This document shows, piece by piece, positions 29,171 through 40,175 of a stretch of 64,000 nt of DNA; within the stretch, counting starts at the first letter, position 1; each line of letters begins with the position of its first letter. Both the position numbers and the translations under genes were made by a program. The stretch spans positions 558,001-622,000 of the forward strand of contig MCFH01000019.1 of assembly GCA_002104945.1 (NCBI GenBank). The letters are read 5' to 3'. The stretch is from Piromyces finnis finn. Lineage: Eukaryota; Fungi; Neocallimastigomycota. The notes under the pieces are model-generated. The model was not told where the DNA came from. It made no database searches and worked only from the letters and a program-made list of their open reading frames with translations.

Positions 29171-29407
29171 GAACTCCTGCAACCCATTGTATTCCTTTGT
29201 TAACATACTTCTGAGCAATCCTAGACCTAGCTTCGTTGGATATAAGTAATGGTGCAAAGTATGAAACCCTGCTGGTCACTTGGGGGTTAAGTACTAGTTT
29301 TTTGAAAGGAATAGAAATAATAGGATTCCTTAAGAATTTACTGACTGAGAAAAGTCCTTTCAAAACCTTGTTGTTAAGAGTTTTAATAACTGATTTAAAG
29401 GTCAAAT
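29171..29407 (-). pseudogene. Short coding fragment, possibly from the post-RT region of a LINE ORF2, inserted in palindrome copy 6
   Basis: Higher-GC open frame (KFLRNPIISIPFKKLVL...SRVSYFAPLL...KGIQWVAG) splits the repeat between tcctat and caaatggtgt. The LINE assignment is from general resemblance only. Confidence 0.4.
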
Positions 29408-29439
29408 TCTTATCAAATGGTGTACCAATATAAGTTTAG

Positions 29440-30825
29440 CAATCAGTAGTTGGAATGGGTTTTTACTGTTAAAAGGGATAGTAATAATAAAATTGTACGT
29501 TTTAAAGCCAGACTTGTCGCTAGAGGTTTCCATCAAAAACAAGATATTACTTTTGACCTTACCTATTCTCCTACGTTAAATATTGACAGTCTAAAATTTG
29601 TTATTACTATTGCTACTAAATTTAGGTGGGATATATACTAGCTTGATATTAAAGCTACCTACCTCAATGCTCTATTAGATACGAATATTTATACTACAAT
29701 TCCGCTTGGAGATAGCAACTTTAGGGGGAGGATACTGGAAGCTGATTAAAGCTTTCTATGATTTAAAACAATCAGGAAGACAATGGATCAAAACAATTGA
29801 TAAATTCCTGAAAAATAATAACTTTAAACCATTAAAATCCGAACAATGTACTTATATGTTAAAGGAAAAAAAGAAAAATAAATACGTTAAATGTATAATT
29901 AGTTTATATGTAGATGACATGGTTATAATTGGAAAAACAAATATAATAGAGAGGGTAATAAACAAGATTAAAAGAAAATTCTAGGAATAAAAATTGAGAA
30001 GAAAGGTCCAAAATACATTATTTCACAAGAAAATTACATTAATAATGTATTGCAAAAATTTCATATGGAGAATGTACGTAGAAGAAAAATTCTATGTATA
30101 GTAATTGACAAGAGCACCTCGAATAATAATCCTTTCGATAAAACAAAATATAAAAGTGCAGTAGGCGCATTAATATACTTGTTAAAATGTACAAGACCGG
30201 ATACTACGTTTGCAGTAAATAAAGCTGCAAGAAAATCTGAAAATCCAACAGTATCTGACTGGAATACAATTATGAATATATTCAGATACTTACCTACCAC
30301 AAAGCAATACAAGATAGAATACAGTGGGGAAAAATACAAGAATACACTGATTCTGACTACGGAAGCGCAGAAGATTATAAATCTACCTCTGGAGGAATAA
30401 TTCTAATGGGAAACGGCCTTATATGCTGATTATCCAAAAAGCAAACTTGTGTGGCTACACCTATCGCTGAGGCTGAGTACATTAGGGGTAGATGTAGACT
30501 CAGTACGTCAATGAATACAAAGAAAATCTTATGGATTAAAAACATAGTAGATGAAATTTTTAATTACAATAAAAATATAACTTTATTCATCGACAGCAAG
30601 GCAAGCAAAAAGATAATAGAAAACAGTGAAATAAACATGAAGTTAAAATATATCAACATACATTATCACTTTGTAATCGACAATATAATAAAAAATAAAA
30701 TTAAAATTGAATATAAAAACACCAAGGAAATATTAGCTGACCCTTTAACTAAAGATCTACCTTGTCCAAAAATGTCTGAATATACAAATAAGATATTCTT
30801 AAAGAGAATCCAATTTGAGGGGGAG
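29440..30825 (+). mobile_element. Ty1/copia RT-RNase H pseudogene ending in a polypurine tract; 3' LTR starts at 30826 (end not determined)
   Basis: WVFTVK..FKARLVARGF, LKQSGRQW, LYVDDM, YKSAVGALIYL..TRPD, AEAEYI and LADPLTK across broken frames. GAGGGGGAG at 30817-30825 is followed by TGTG. Confidence 0.92.
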
Positions 30826-31559
30826 TGTGAACATTATGGACACATAATTTTAGTTATCTATATCATGTATTTATGAACACACATGACTAACTTATTGATA
30901 CGGGTTAATTTAACTTTAATAATATATGTATTATTAATAACTTTATTTATTACGTTTCAATATTACTATTCTGCCTAAATACTAAAACGTTAATTCTATC
31001 GTTCTTAACTATTAAAACTTTACTAAAAACAAGAAGCCTCTTTAATAATAATTATTCCCTAGTCTATTTATACAAATAAGGCTTACTTAATAACTAATTG
31101 TCCAATGATAATGCTAGAATTATATGGATTATACATCTACATTATTCTTTTATATTACATGTTCTTACATTTGTTATACATTTACATTTCCATTCTTATA
31201 TATTGTAGAAATAATTAATATTATTATTAGGAAAATTTTACTAATATAATAATATGTTTAAGTCACATATTATTTTTATATCACATCTCATTATATAACT
31301 GTAATATTTACAATGTAACTTTTTCTCTTTGTTAACCTTATTAATAAAATTATTTATTAATTAAATTTATTTCACATTAATAATAAAATTTTAATAATTT
31401 AAAAAATTTAATAATTTCAAAGGATTAGAAATTTTATACTTTGAAGTTTTATAATAAAAATTTAAAAAATAATTTTTTCCAAATTTCAAATTTTCAAATT
31501 TTAAAAAAATTTTTTTAATTTTTTCAATGTGTAAATTTTTTAAATTTTTATATGTTATT

Positions 31560-32007
31560 GTGACAATTCGTTACACAGTTAAAGATGCTTATTTTATTCC
31601 TAATATTAGAGAAGCTTTCGAATTTATGACTGGTGCTAAGTTTTTCACAGCTTTTGATCTTTTTAGTAGATACCACCAAATTCCTATGCAGTCGGGGGAC
31701 CAATGTATTACTACTATCACTACACGTTTTGGTAACTTTGATATTTTAAGAATGAACGCGCCCGCTACTTTTCAGGAGAAATGAATCGAATCTTTGATCT
31801 TCTTAATGTCTGCATTCAGGTATACCTTGATATCATTATTTATCATTATTTATTCTCCTTTTTCTCAACACTTGGGATATTGAAATGGTTTTTAACATTC
31901 TCCATGATAATGGATTAAAAGTTAACATTGAAGTGTCATTTTTGCTTACAGAAAGTCGAAGTGTTGGATCATGTTGTTTCTATTAATGGTCTCCTTCCCA
32001 TTAAATC
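31560..32007 (+). pseudogene. Ty3/gypsy reverse transcriptase fragment
   Basis: TVKDAYFIPNI..GAKFFTAFDLFSRYHQIPM..TTRFGNF..NAPATFQ, similar to the RT of 41336-45211; downstream frames are broken. Confidence 0.85.
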
Positions 32008-32063
32008 TGTAACAACGCGAGAGACTCAAGTTAACACAACATTAATTAACTATTGTTTGTATT

Positions 32064-32570
32064 TGTAAAGATATAAAATATATCTTTAAATTATTAATTA
32101 TTTAGTAATTAATTAATAATTATTAAGTAATAATTTTGATATTTTAATAAAAAATTATTTATAAAATTTATTATAAATTTTATGAATAATTAAAGATTAA
32201 TTTTAAAATATCAAAGTTAAGAATGAATTTTGGATAAATATTTAAATTAATGGATAATTAAATTTAAATATTTTAAATATTCAAATTAAATCTTAAAAAG
32301 TTTTTATTTAATTAAAATTAGTTTAATAACTTTAGAGTAGTTTTAAATTAGTATTTTTAATAATAAATATATAATGAATAGTATTATTAATATTTAATTA
32401 ATATATAGGTAATACATGGACTATATTCAATTTGCACTTTACTCAAATTGAATCAAAAGTGTATTTAATTAGTTTTAGTTTAGTTTTATTATTTTATTAT
32501 TTAATTAAATTAGTATGAAATTAGTTTTTCTTATTTTATATTGAATATATGTATAATTAAATAGAATAGT
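32064..32570 (+). mobile_element. Partial LTR, family X
   Basis: Begins TGTAAAGATAT and aligns by eye with 33460-34255 and with the reverse complement of 50820-51325. Confidence 0.75.
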
Positions 32571-33161
32571 GTATTATTGTAATGCTGAACACTGAAAGAA
32601 TAGATTAGGATATTTATTCTATTACAATAACACTAAAATTTAAAATAAGAATAAAAAATTGTTTTTTATAAAAATATCTTTTATTATAATAGAAATTTTA
32701 TTAATAACGATTACATCGATAAAATGATGAAAAATATCTTCTATTTATATTTTTCCTAAATACATTTATATTATATTATAACTATTTATTTCTTATATAT
32801 TATTATTTAAAAGCTACACTAAAATCTTAATTATTAATAAATATTTAAACTATAACTATTTTTAGTAAAATACAATTGGCAATTCAAATTAAGTACTATT
32901 CAATTTGAATATGTGCCCATGTATTATTGATATATTAATCATTTAATAATTATATACTATATATCTTTTTATTACAAAGCAATACTAAAACTAGGGGTTT
33001 GAATTGAGAAACTTAATTTATTTTGTTTTAAACTTTAATTATTAATAAATAAATTATATCTCATTTTCTTTTTCCGTAATATAATTTGTGTAACTTAAAC
33101 AATAATACTTGTGGCTTAAGTTACATTAAAGATATCAAACAGAGGCGTTTGATATCTTTAC

Positions 33162-33447
33162 AATCTCTCTCTCTAAGTCGAGCTCCTGCGAGATTAATTT
33201 ATAAAGAATTCTTTCTCGAAGGAATTTCAATTACAAATGGTTGGTATCTGTACTTGATTAGATTACCAACTTTATTCTTTCTAATTTTCATGGAGGAGTC
33301 GTTCGACTTATGTTTTGACTTTTTAGAGTTTCTTTCAAACTCTTGTATTAATTGTTTATCTGGAATCTGATCTTCAGAAATCCAAGGGGATTTGTCAAAT
33401 CCTTTCCACGATAACTTATAAAATGTTTCACCATTAACAGATTTCAT
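33162..33447 (-). pseudogene. Chromodomain-encoding 3' end of a chromovirus, with PPT and start of its 3' LTR at 33162
   Basis: FYKLSWKGFDKSPWISEDQIPDKQLIQEF resembles the chromodomain at the end of ORF 54664. It is followed by AGAGAGAGAGAT then TGTAAAGATATC on the minus strand. Confidence 0.75.
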
Positions 33448-33451
33448 TTTC

Positions 33452-34467
33452 TCAATTATTATATAATTATTAAATAATAATTTTGATATTTTAATAAAAA
33501 TTATTTATAAAATTTATTTTATAAATTTTATGGAATAATTAAATAAAGATTAATTTTAAAATATAAAAGTTAGAAATGAAATTTGGATAAATATTTAAAT
33601 TAATAGATAATTAAATTTAAATATTTTAAATATTCAAATTAAATCTTAAAAAGTTTTTATTTAAGTTATCGTGGAAAGGATTTGACAAATCCCCTTGGAT
33701 TTCTGAAGATCAGATTCCAGATAAACAATTAATACAAGAGTTTGAAAGAAACTCTAAAATGTTTCACCATTAACAGATTTCATTTTCTCAATTATTATAT
33801 AATTATTAAATAATAATTTTGATATTTTAATAAAAATTATTTATAAAATTTATTTTATAAATTTTATGGAATAATTAAATAAAGATTAATTTTAAAATAT
33901 AAAAGTTAGAAATGAAATTTGGATAAATATTTAAATTAATAGATAATTAAATTTAAATATTTTAAATATTCAAATTAAATCTTAAAAAGTTTTTATTTAA
34001 TTAAAATTAGTTTAATAACTTTAGCGTAGTTTTAAATTAGCATTTTTAATAATAAATATATAATGAATAGTATTATTAATATTTAATTAATATATAGGTA
34101 ATACATGGACTGTATTCAATTTGTAGTTTACTCAGATTGAATCAAAAGTGTATTTAATTAGTTTTAGTTTAGTTTTATTATTTTATTATTTAATTAAATT
34201 AGTATTATATTAGTTTTGTTTATTTTATATTGAGTATATGTATAATTATATAGAATAGTATCTACAAAAAATATAAATACATGTAAAATTTCTTGATTAA
34301 AACAATGTAATTGTTATTGACTATTATTTAGTTAATAACTAAATAAAATTAATAAAAGAGATATTTTAAATATAATTTATTTTCTTGTTTCTTTTTTATT
34401 TATTTTGTGTTTATTGCTTTATTGTAAAAATTTTATAATCTGTTTTAAAATTTATAAAACTTTTACA
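33452..34467 (+). mobile_element. 5'-truncated LTR family X containing a local duplication-inversion
   Basis: Homologous to the solo LTR at 48001-51325 and ends TTTTACA at 34467. Confidence 0.75.
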
Positions 34468-34479
34468 GATAGATAAATC

Positions 34480-35071
34480 GTAGCTGCTAGCCTTATGACG
34501 ATTTCTTAAATTTAGTCTATTTCCATCTTCTGCAAGCTTGTACGCTTCTGCTAAAGTAACTTCTTTTCCCCATGCTTTATAGTTAGGCTCAATAGAATCT
34601 AAGTAATCTTCATCTATTTTCTTCTACACTTCTTGTCTAGTTTAATATACAAGGAGCGGTACCTTATGAAGTCTTTTACTTTTTCATTCTTTTTAATTCA
34701 TATATCCCTAAGCTCTTTGAGAAGTTCTATTTGATCTTCTTTTACACCACCATAGAATTCTTCTAACATAGTAACTATCTTCTTACGGGAAGGGTAATGT
34801 GATTTTTTTCTTTCCCTTATCTTCACTATCTTCATCACTTTCCAAGTCCTTATTTGGATTTAACTCTTGAATATATTCACTTGATGTTCTTGTAGTAGTA
34901 AAAAAATAAGCTAGGAACACCGTTTTTGGACTTTTAACATCTTGAAGCATAGTCCAATACTTTAATTAACTATACCAAGTCTTGATGTCCAAATTGTCTT
35001 CAGACATGCTTTAATTCCTTCATCAACTTAGCAAAGTCAATAGATTTATCTGTTCCAGTAGATTTGCTCAT
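34480..35071 (-). pseudogene. Degraded retrotransposon gag-like fragment
   Basis: Higher-GC broken frames (DIKTWYS*LKYWTMLQDV..., YLDSIEPNYKAW..EVTLAEAYKLAE) resembling a Ty3 capsid; lies upstream of the chromodomain relic in the same orientation. Confidence 0.5.
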
Positions 35072-36190
35072 TTTTATATATAAGTTTTCTTAAAATAAAA
35101 ATAATATGAAATAATGAAACAAGTTGATGCCTTAAAAAAACTTTCTTGTATAAGAATTTAAAAGAATGAATTACAATAATATTTGAAATATATTCAATTA
35201 ACAACACTACTAATTATTCTTTTTAGTTAAACTAGCAATACCAATATAAAATACTTCCTTAACTGCACCAATTAACAATATTAATTTCTCTCTATTAACT
35301 ACTTTAATTGCGCCTTGAAGTATTTAACTATTTACTATACTAGTGTAACTCTTATTTAATTATTAACTATTTTAATTAAATAATAATACAAAAATAAATA
35401 TAAAAATAACTATAAAATTGTAGTTTGATATCAATATTTTATTATTATCCCCGATATCTCCATCATATTTTATGTTGAGGTTCATAAATAAATTGCTGGA
35501 ATAGTGGAATATTAATAAATAAAGTAGATAAATATAAATAATGTATTTTTATTAATTATATAAATATATTTTAGGACTACACATCATTTCATTTAACAGA
35601 AAAAAAATATTATTACATTACTTTAATGTTATAATATTTTATTTATAATTATAATTTTAATTAATAATAAAATTTTGAATATTTAATATTCTATTAATAA
35701 ATTAAAATAAAAAAATATATTTCATAAATATCATTAAAATTATTCTAAATATTTATTATCAATTAAAACATTATTTAAAAATTGTTATTAATAATAAAAC
35801 ATAAAAAATAAAGAATTAAAGATTTTTTATATTATTTAGTTTGCGAAAAATTAAAAATTTAATTAACAAAAAAAAACTTTTAAAATTAAAAGTTTTTAAA
35901 TTTATTATAAAATATATTAATATTATTTTTTAAAAATATATTTATATAAAAACAAATATATATTAATATTTTTATTTATATAATTATATAAATTAATTAA
36001 TTGTAAATAATAATATATAATCAAATGATTATATTAGTCAAATAGTATTGTATATTCAAAAATATAGAATTTTGAATAAAATACATAGTAGTATAAAGAA
36101 TTTATAAACTTATTATATTTATAAAAATTTTATTTCACATTTTAAATAATAATAAAAAAAGAATTGGTAATAAGTAAAATAAATAATAAT

Positions 36191-36757
36191 ATGTCTTGGA
36201 ACGATTTCTTTCTAAAACATTCTAAATTCATACTACACATTTATAATCAGTTGAGTAATACGTATTTTATACCACCTATAGAAAATGTATTTGGAATTTT
36301 CAAATATGTTCAACTAAGCGATATTAAAGTTGTAATGATAGGGGATATCCCATATAAAAATACAAAGGATATTTCGGATATAGCTTTCGGAACTAATAAT
36401 TACAATCCACCCTTATTATTAGAACGCATTTACAAAAATTTAGAAGATACAATAGTTTCTTTTAAACGGCCTTATAATCATCATTTAGATAAATAGTTAA
36501 AAAATGGAATATTTTTATGTAATTTTTGTTTTACACGAACTATTACAGATCCTTTACCATATCACTATCATTTGTTATGGGAACCATTTATTAATAATCT
36601 AGTGTAATATATTTCAAATGATCATCCTGTTGTTTTTATGCTCTTTGGTGCAAAAGCTATTTCAGTTCGAAAGTCTATTAATGAAATTAAATCATCGGTT
36701 GTAGAAGTTCCACATCCTATTTATGAGTACAATAAAATTAAAAATTATAAATGTTAG
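36191..36757 (+). pseudogene. Family-1 uracil-DNA glycosylase-like pseudogene of probable viral origin
   Basis: Reading through TAG (36494) and TAA (36605) in one frame gives PPIENVF..IKVVMIGDIPY..AFG..PPLLLERIYKNL..K*LKNGIFLCNFCFT..LWEPF..VVFMLFGAKA..VPHPIY, collinear with UNG motifs. No introns. Confidence 0.85.
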
Positions 36758-37203
36758 TAATTTAGTTTTTTATTTGTTTTATATATTTAATAAACAATAT
36801 AATAATATATAATAATATATTTAATAGTAATTTACCAATTAATATATATATATATTGTCAATATTTTATCTTTTTAAAAAATATTACTATTAAATAAGTA
36901 TTGTAAATATTAATGATTAGTAATAATCATAAAAATTTAATTTTTATTTATATTAATATTTTTTAAAAATTTATTAAATTGTGTTTTAATATTTAATATT
37001 TATATATTTTTAATTGATATTATATTTATTTTACAAATTAACAATTATAAGTTTAAAAATATATAAATTATCCATTTCAGTGATGCAATTATTATATTTT
37101 TTAAAACATTTATTAGTTATAAGATCATTAAATTTGTAATATTACCACTAATTATTTTTTAATAATATTTATTTATTAATTATTTAAACATTAATTTTTA
37201 AAT

Positions 37204-37692
37204 TTAATTATTAATATTAGAATTAATATAAGCATCATAAGAGAAATACATTACATCATAATGATTGTTAATTATATTATTAATTTTATTATACATAACT
37301 ACTGGATTATTTTCAGTAACATCATTAATTCGTTTATTAATATCATTAACGTCATATGGAATACCGTATTCAGAAAGAAAAGATATCACCTTATTATATA
37401 TAGGTTTAATTTTGAGAGAATCAATAGATTTTAATGATACCTTTATATACATAGTAATTTGATTTTCTTCACCACATTTATTAACTTCAACATAGTGAAT
37501 TGCCATATAGTAACTGTCTTTTTTATCTGCAGAAATATAATGAACAATGAGAACTTCAGCTTCAAAATAACTTGAAAATTCAGTGAAAAATAAAATGTAC
37601 GAATTAACAGAACTTGAATTATTTTTGATTTCTAATGGCCATTTGATATTGACTTTATGATTGTTTCGATTTTGTAATTTATTTTGAACCAT
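37204..37692 (-). CDS. Hypothetical 162-aa protein, virus-like context
   Basis: Complex intact ORF whose ATG directly abuts the stop codon of the upstream ORF; no family recognised. Confidence 0.6.
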   Translation of the reverse strand: MVQNKLQNRNNHKVNIKWPLEIKNNSSSVNSYILFFTEFSSYFEAEVLIVHYISADKKDSYYMAIHYVEVNKCGEENQITMYIKVSLKSIDSLKIKPIYNKVISFLSEYGIPYDVNDINKRINDVTENNPVVMYNKINNIINNHYDVMYFSYDAYINSNINN

Positions 37693-38055
37693 CTATTCAT
37701 TTCTTAATGAAATGGTATTAGCAACAATTTCATATTTATATTTATTAGCCACCATTTTTACATATTCCAATAATGACGAGTTACCTTCATAACGTAAATG
37801 GGTACCACAATAAACATGACCTGGAATGCATTTATTTTTGCAGGAAGATTTATTTCTTTTAACTGCTATACATGTATCATTAATGGATAATTTCTTCATT
37901 TTGTTTATTGGTGGTTGACCTTCATCCACTAAATTTTCAGTTACATCTTCTTTTTGGATATTTAAATTGTAGTTATTATTGAAGGTTTCAATGGTTTTAT
38001 TAGCAACTTCATCAATAACATTTTTATAATAAGTTTCTAAAGCTAAAGATTTCAT
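37693..38055 (-). CDS. Hypothetical 120-aa protein with C-x9-C-x8-C-x2-H motif (DUF5763-like)
   Basis: CIAVKRNKSSCKNKCIPGHVYCGTH resembles a small Zn-binding motif common in Nucleocytoviricota proteins; TAAAAAATG start context. Confidence 0.65.
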   Translation of the reverse strand: MKSLALETYYKNVIDEVANKTIETFNNNYNLNIQKEDVTENLVDEGQPPINKMKKLSINDTCIAVKRNKSSCKNKCIPGHVYCGTHLRYEGNSSLLEYVKMVANKYKYEIVANTISLRNE

Positions 38056-38265
38056 TTTTTAATATCTTGATGTAATCAAGAATATAAAAAAAATACTTTA
38101 ATTATTTTAATATTACTATAGATTAATGAATATCATTTTAAGACAATGATTGGAGAATAAAAATTAATATCTTTAAGTTTTTGAATATAGAAATTTTATT
38201 AATATAAAATTTATGAAAATACTTTTGAGTGTTTAAAAATCTTTTGATTTATATATAATATAAAA

Positions 38266-38811
38266 TTTTTTTTTTTAACTTCCAAGTGCCTTTCTCCCAT
38301 CGATCAGAGTTAGCTCCAATGGTGGTTCTTAGAGAAACGTTGGCTCATTCCTATTGCTAGGTGGTTGTGACCCTCCTGGTCTGTCATACTGTTTCTTCAG
38401 CTTCGACGCTCACTTAATCCATGTACATTAGATGCATGTCGTTGTACGATATTTCATAACTACAATGCTAAGCCTCTTATAGTCAATTTGATCACGTGTC
38501 AACCGCCCCCTAATGTTTACACTTAAATTGATTAAGGAATATTATGTGTTTTTGGCATAGCCTAAGTCACCACTTATTAAGTTCTAATTTGGAATGTACC
38601 ATGTACACTAGACCCTCTCAGGCCGGCTAGACGAGTGTTATTATCATAGTAGTAAATTAGAAAGTTCATTTATACTTACCTGAATATCATAACCCAACCC
38701 ATGGCAAACCCAGTGGGAAAATCCACAGGCACTGACATCTGCGGGGTCGAACCAGAAGCCTTATGTATGCTAAGGAAACGCCTTAACAACCAGGATAAAA
38801 ACTGGAACGAC
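38266..38811 (-). mobile_element. Putative tRNA(Ala)-derived SINE, about 540 bp
   Basis: Minus-strand head has A-box-like TATCCTGGTTGTTAAGGCG, anticodon-loop-like CTTAGCAT (AGC) and B-box GGTTCGACCCC (38743-38753). Stems do not pair as a tRNA. GC-richer non-coding body and an A11 tail at about 38266-38277. Confidence 0.6.
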
Positions 38812-39415
38812 TATAATATTGATATAAATTGGAATTAATAAATATGAAATTATAATATTGATATAAACTAACCCTCAAAACAACTTAAAAATAAATAATA
38901 AATAATAATAATATTTAAATGTTTAATTAAAAGTATAAAAATTATTTATTAAAACTCAGTTTAAATTATATTTTTGTTATAAAATAAACATAGTATAAAT
39001 AACATTTTAAATAGTAAAATAGTGTTATATTAATTAAATTAATTACTTTAAAATAAATTGTTTCTTTTATTTATTATTCATTATTATTTTAAAACATATT
39101 AATATTTTATTTTAAAAAGTTAAAACAGAAAGAAAATTATAAATACATGTAATTATTTCCTAATTTAAAAATCAATCAATACTTTTAATAAATATATTAA
39201 ATAAAGAGTTGATTCAAAAATATATTTTAAAATTGTGTTTTTAAAACATAACTTTTATATTTTGTTAATAATCGTTATGTCGAATTAAAATATTTCAAAT
39301 AACTTTATAATAAAAATTTATTTTAAATCTTTTTTTTATATAAATTGATAAGAATATTATCACTTTTATAATTATTTAATTATAAATTAAGATAATATTA
39401 AACACTTATCAAATT

Positions 39416-39428
39416 TGGTGGAGAATCC
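39416..39428 (+). promoter_or_regulatory. Primer binding site complementary to a tRNA-Ala 3' end
   Basis: TGGTGGAGAATCC 4 nt after the 5' LTR, complementary to ...AUUCUCCACCA typical of tRNA-Ala. Confidence 0.75.
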
Positions 39429-40175
39429 TTTAAAAGCCGGTGAAGCTAAGTATTAATATTTACTTCATATATTTATATATATATAAAACAAAAACAAAAA
39501 AAAAAAAAAAAAAATATGTTATTGAATAAAATATATATTAATAGTGAATAATAATATTTAATAACAATTATAATAAAACATATGAAATTATATAAATACA
39601 TTTACATAAAGTGATTTATATACATCAATCGAGCAATTGAAATATAAAATATACAAATAATAATAAATAATATTTTAAATATATAAATTGTTATGTGACT
39701 TGATATGATAATTAAATTAAAATTAACAATAAAATAAATTATATTATGCAAGATATATTAAAGTAATAGAAATATAAAAAATATAAATATATATATATAT
39801 ATAAATTGAAATTATATAATCATAAATAAAATAGTTAAAACACTAGTAAATAACATATCACAAATAATTATATTACTAAACATTGAATAATAATAATAAT
39901 AAATATAAAAGGATAAATAATAAATAATAAATAATTAATGATTAATAATTAGTAATAATATTGAAAATACAAATATTTGACGATCATATTCTGAGATAAT
40001 AATAATAAATTATAATAAAAATTTATCATTTAATAATAGTATAGACAATAATTATTATCAATAATATCAACAATAATTAATTAATAAACAAAAATAAGAA
40101 ATAATAATAATTAATAAAATAGGAAATTATTTAAATATAAAATATATAAGAAATAACATAATAATAGTACAGAAA

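Larger units (their letters stand above)
27635..29423. repeat. Array of six same-orientation imperfect palindromes (core about 53 bp, up to about 90 bp with flanks) separated by AT-rich spacers
   Basis: Cores at about 27646, 27843, 28379, 28534, 28764 and 29143 (last interrupted). Consensus AAAAGATGTCGCTTAGACTCTATCCTATCAAATGGTGTCGAGCGAGGTCTTTT. Confidence 0.85.

Noticed and set aside
27635-29423. CRISPR interpretation of the palindrome array
   Set aside because: Spacers are 100-480 bp, unequal and partly duplicated; repeats are diverged; no cas genes; eukaryotic context.
38730-38811. Functional tRNA-Ala gene
   Set aside because: Acceptor and anticodon stems do not pair; treated as a SINE head.
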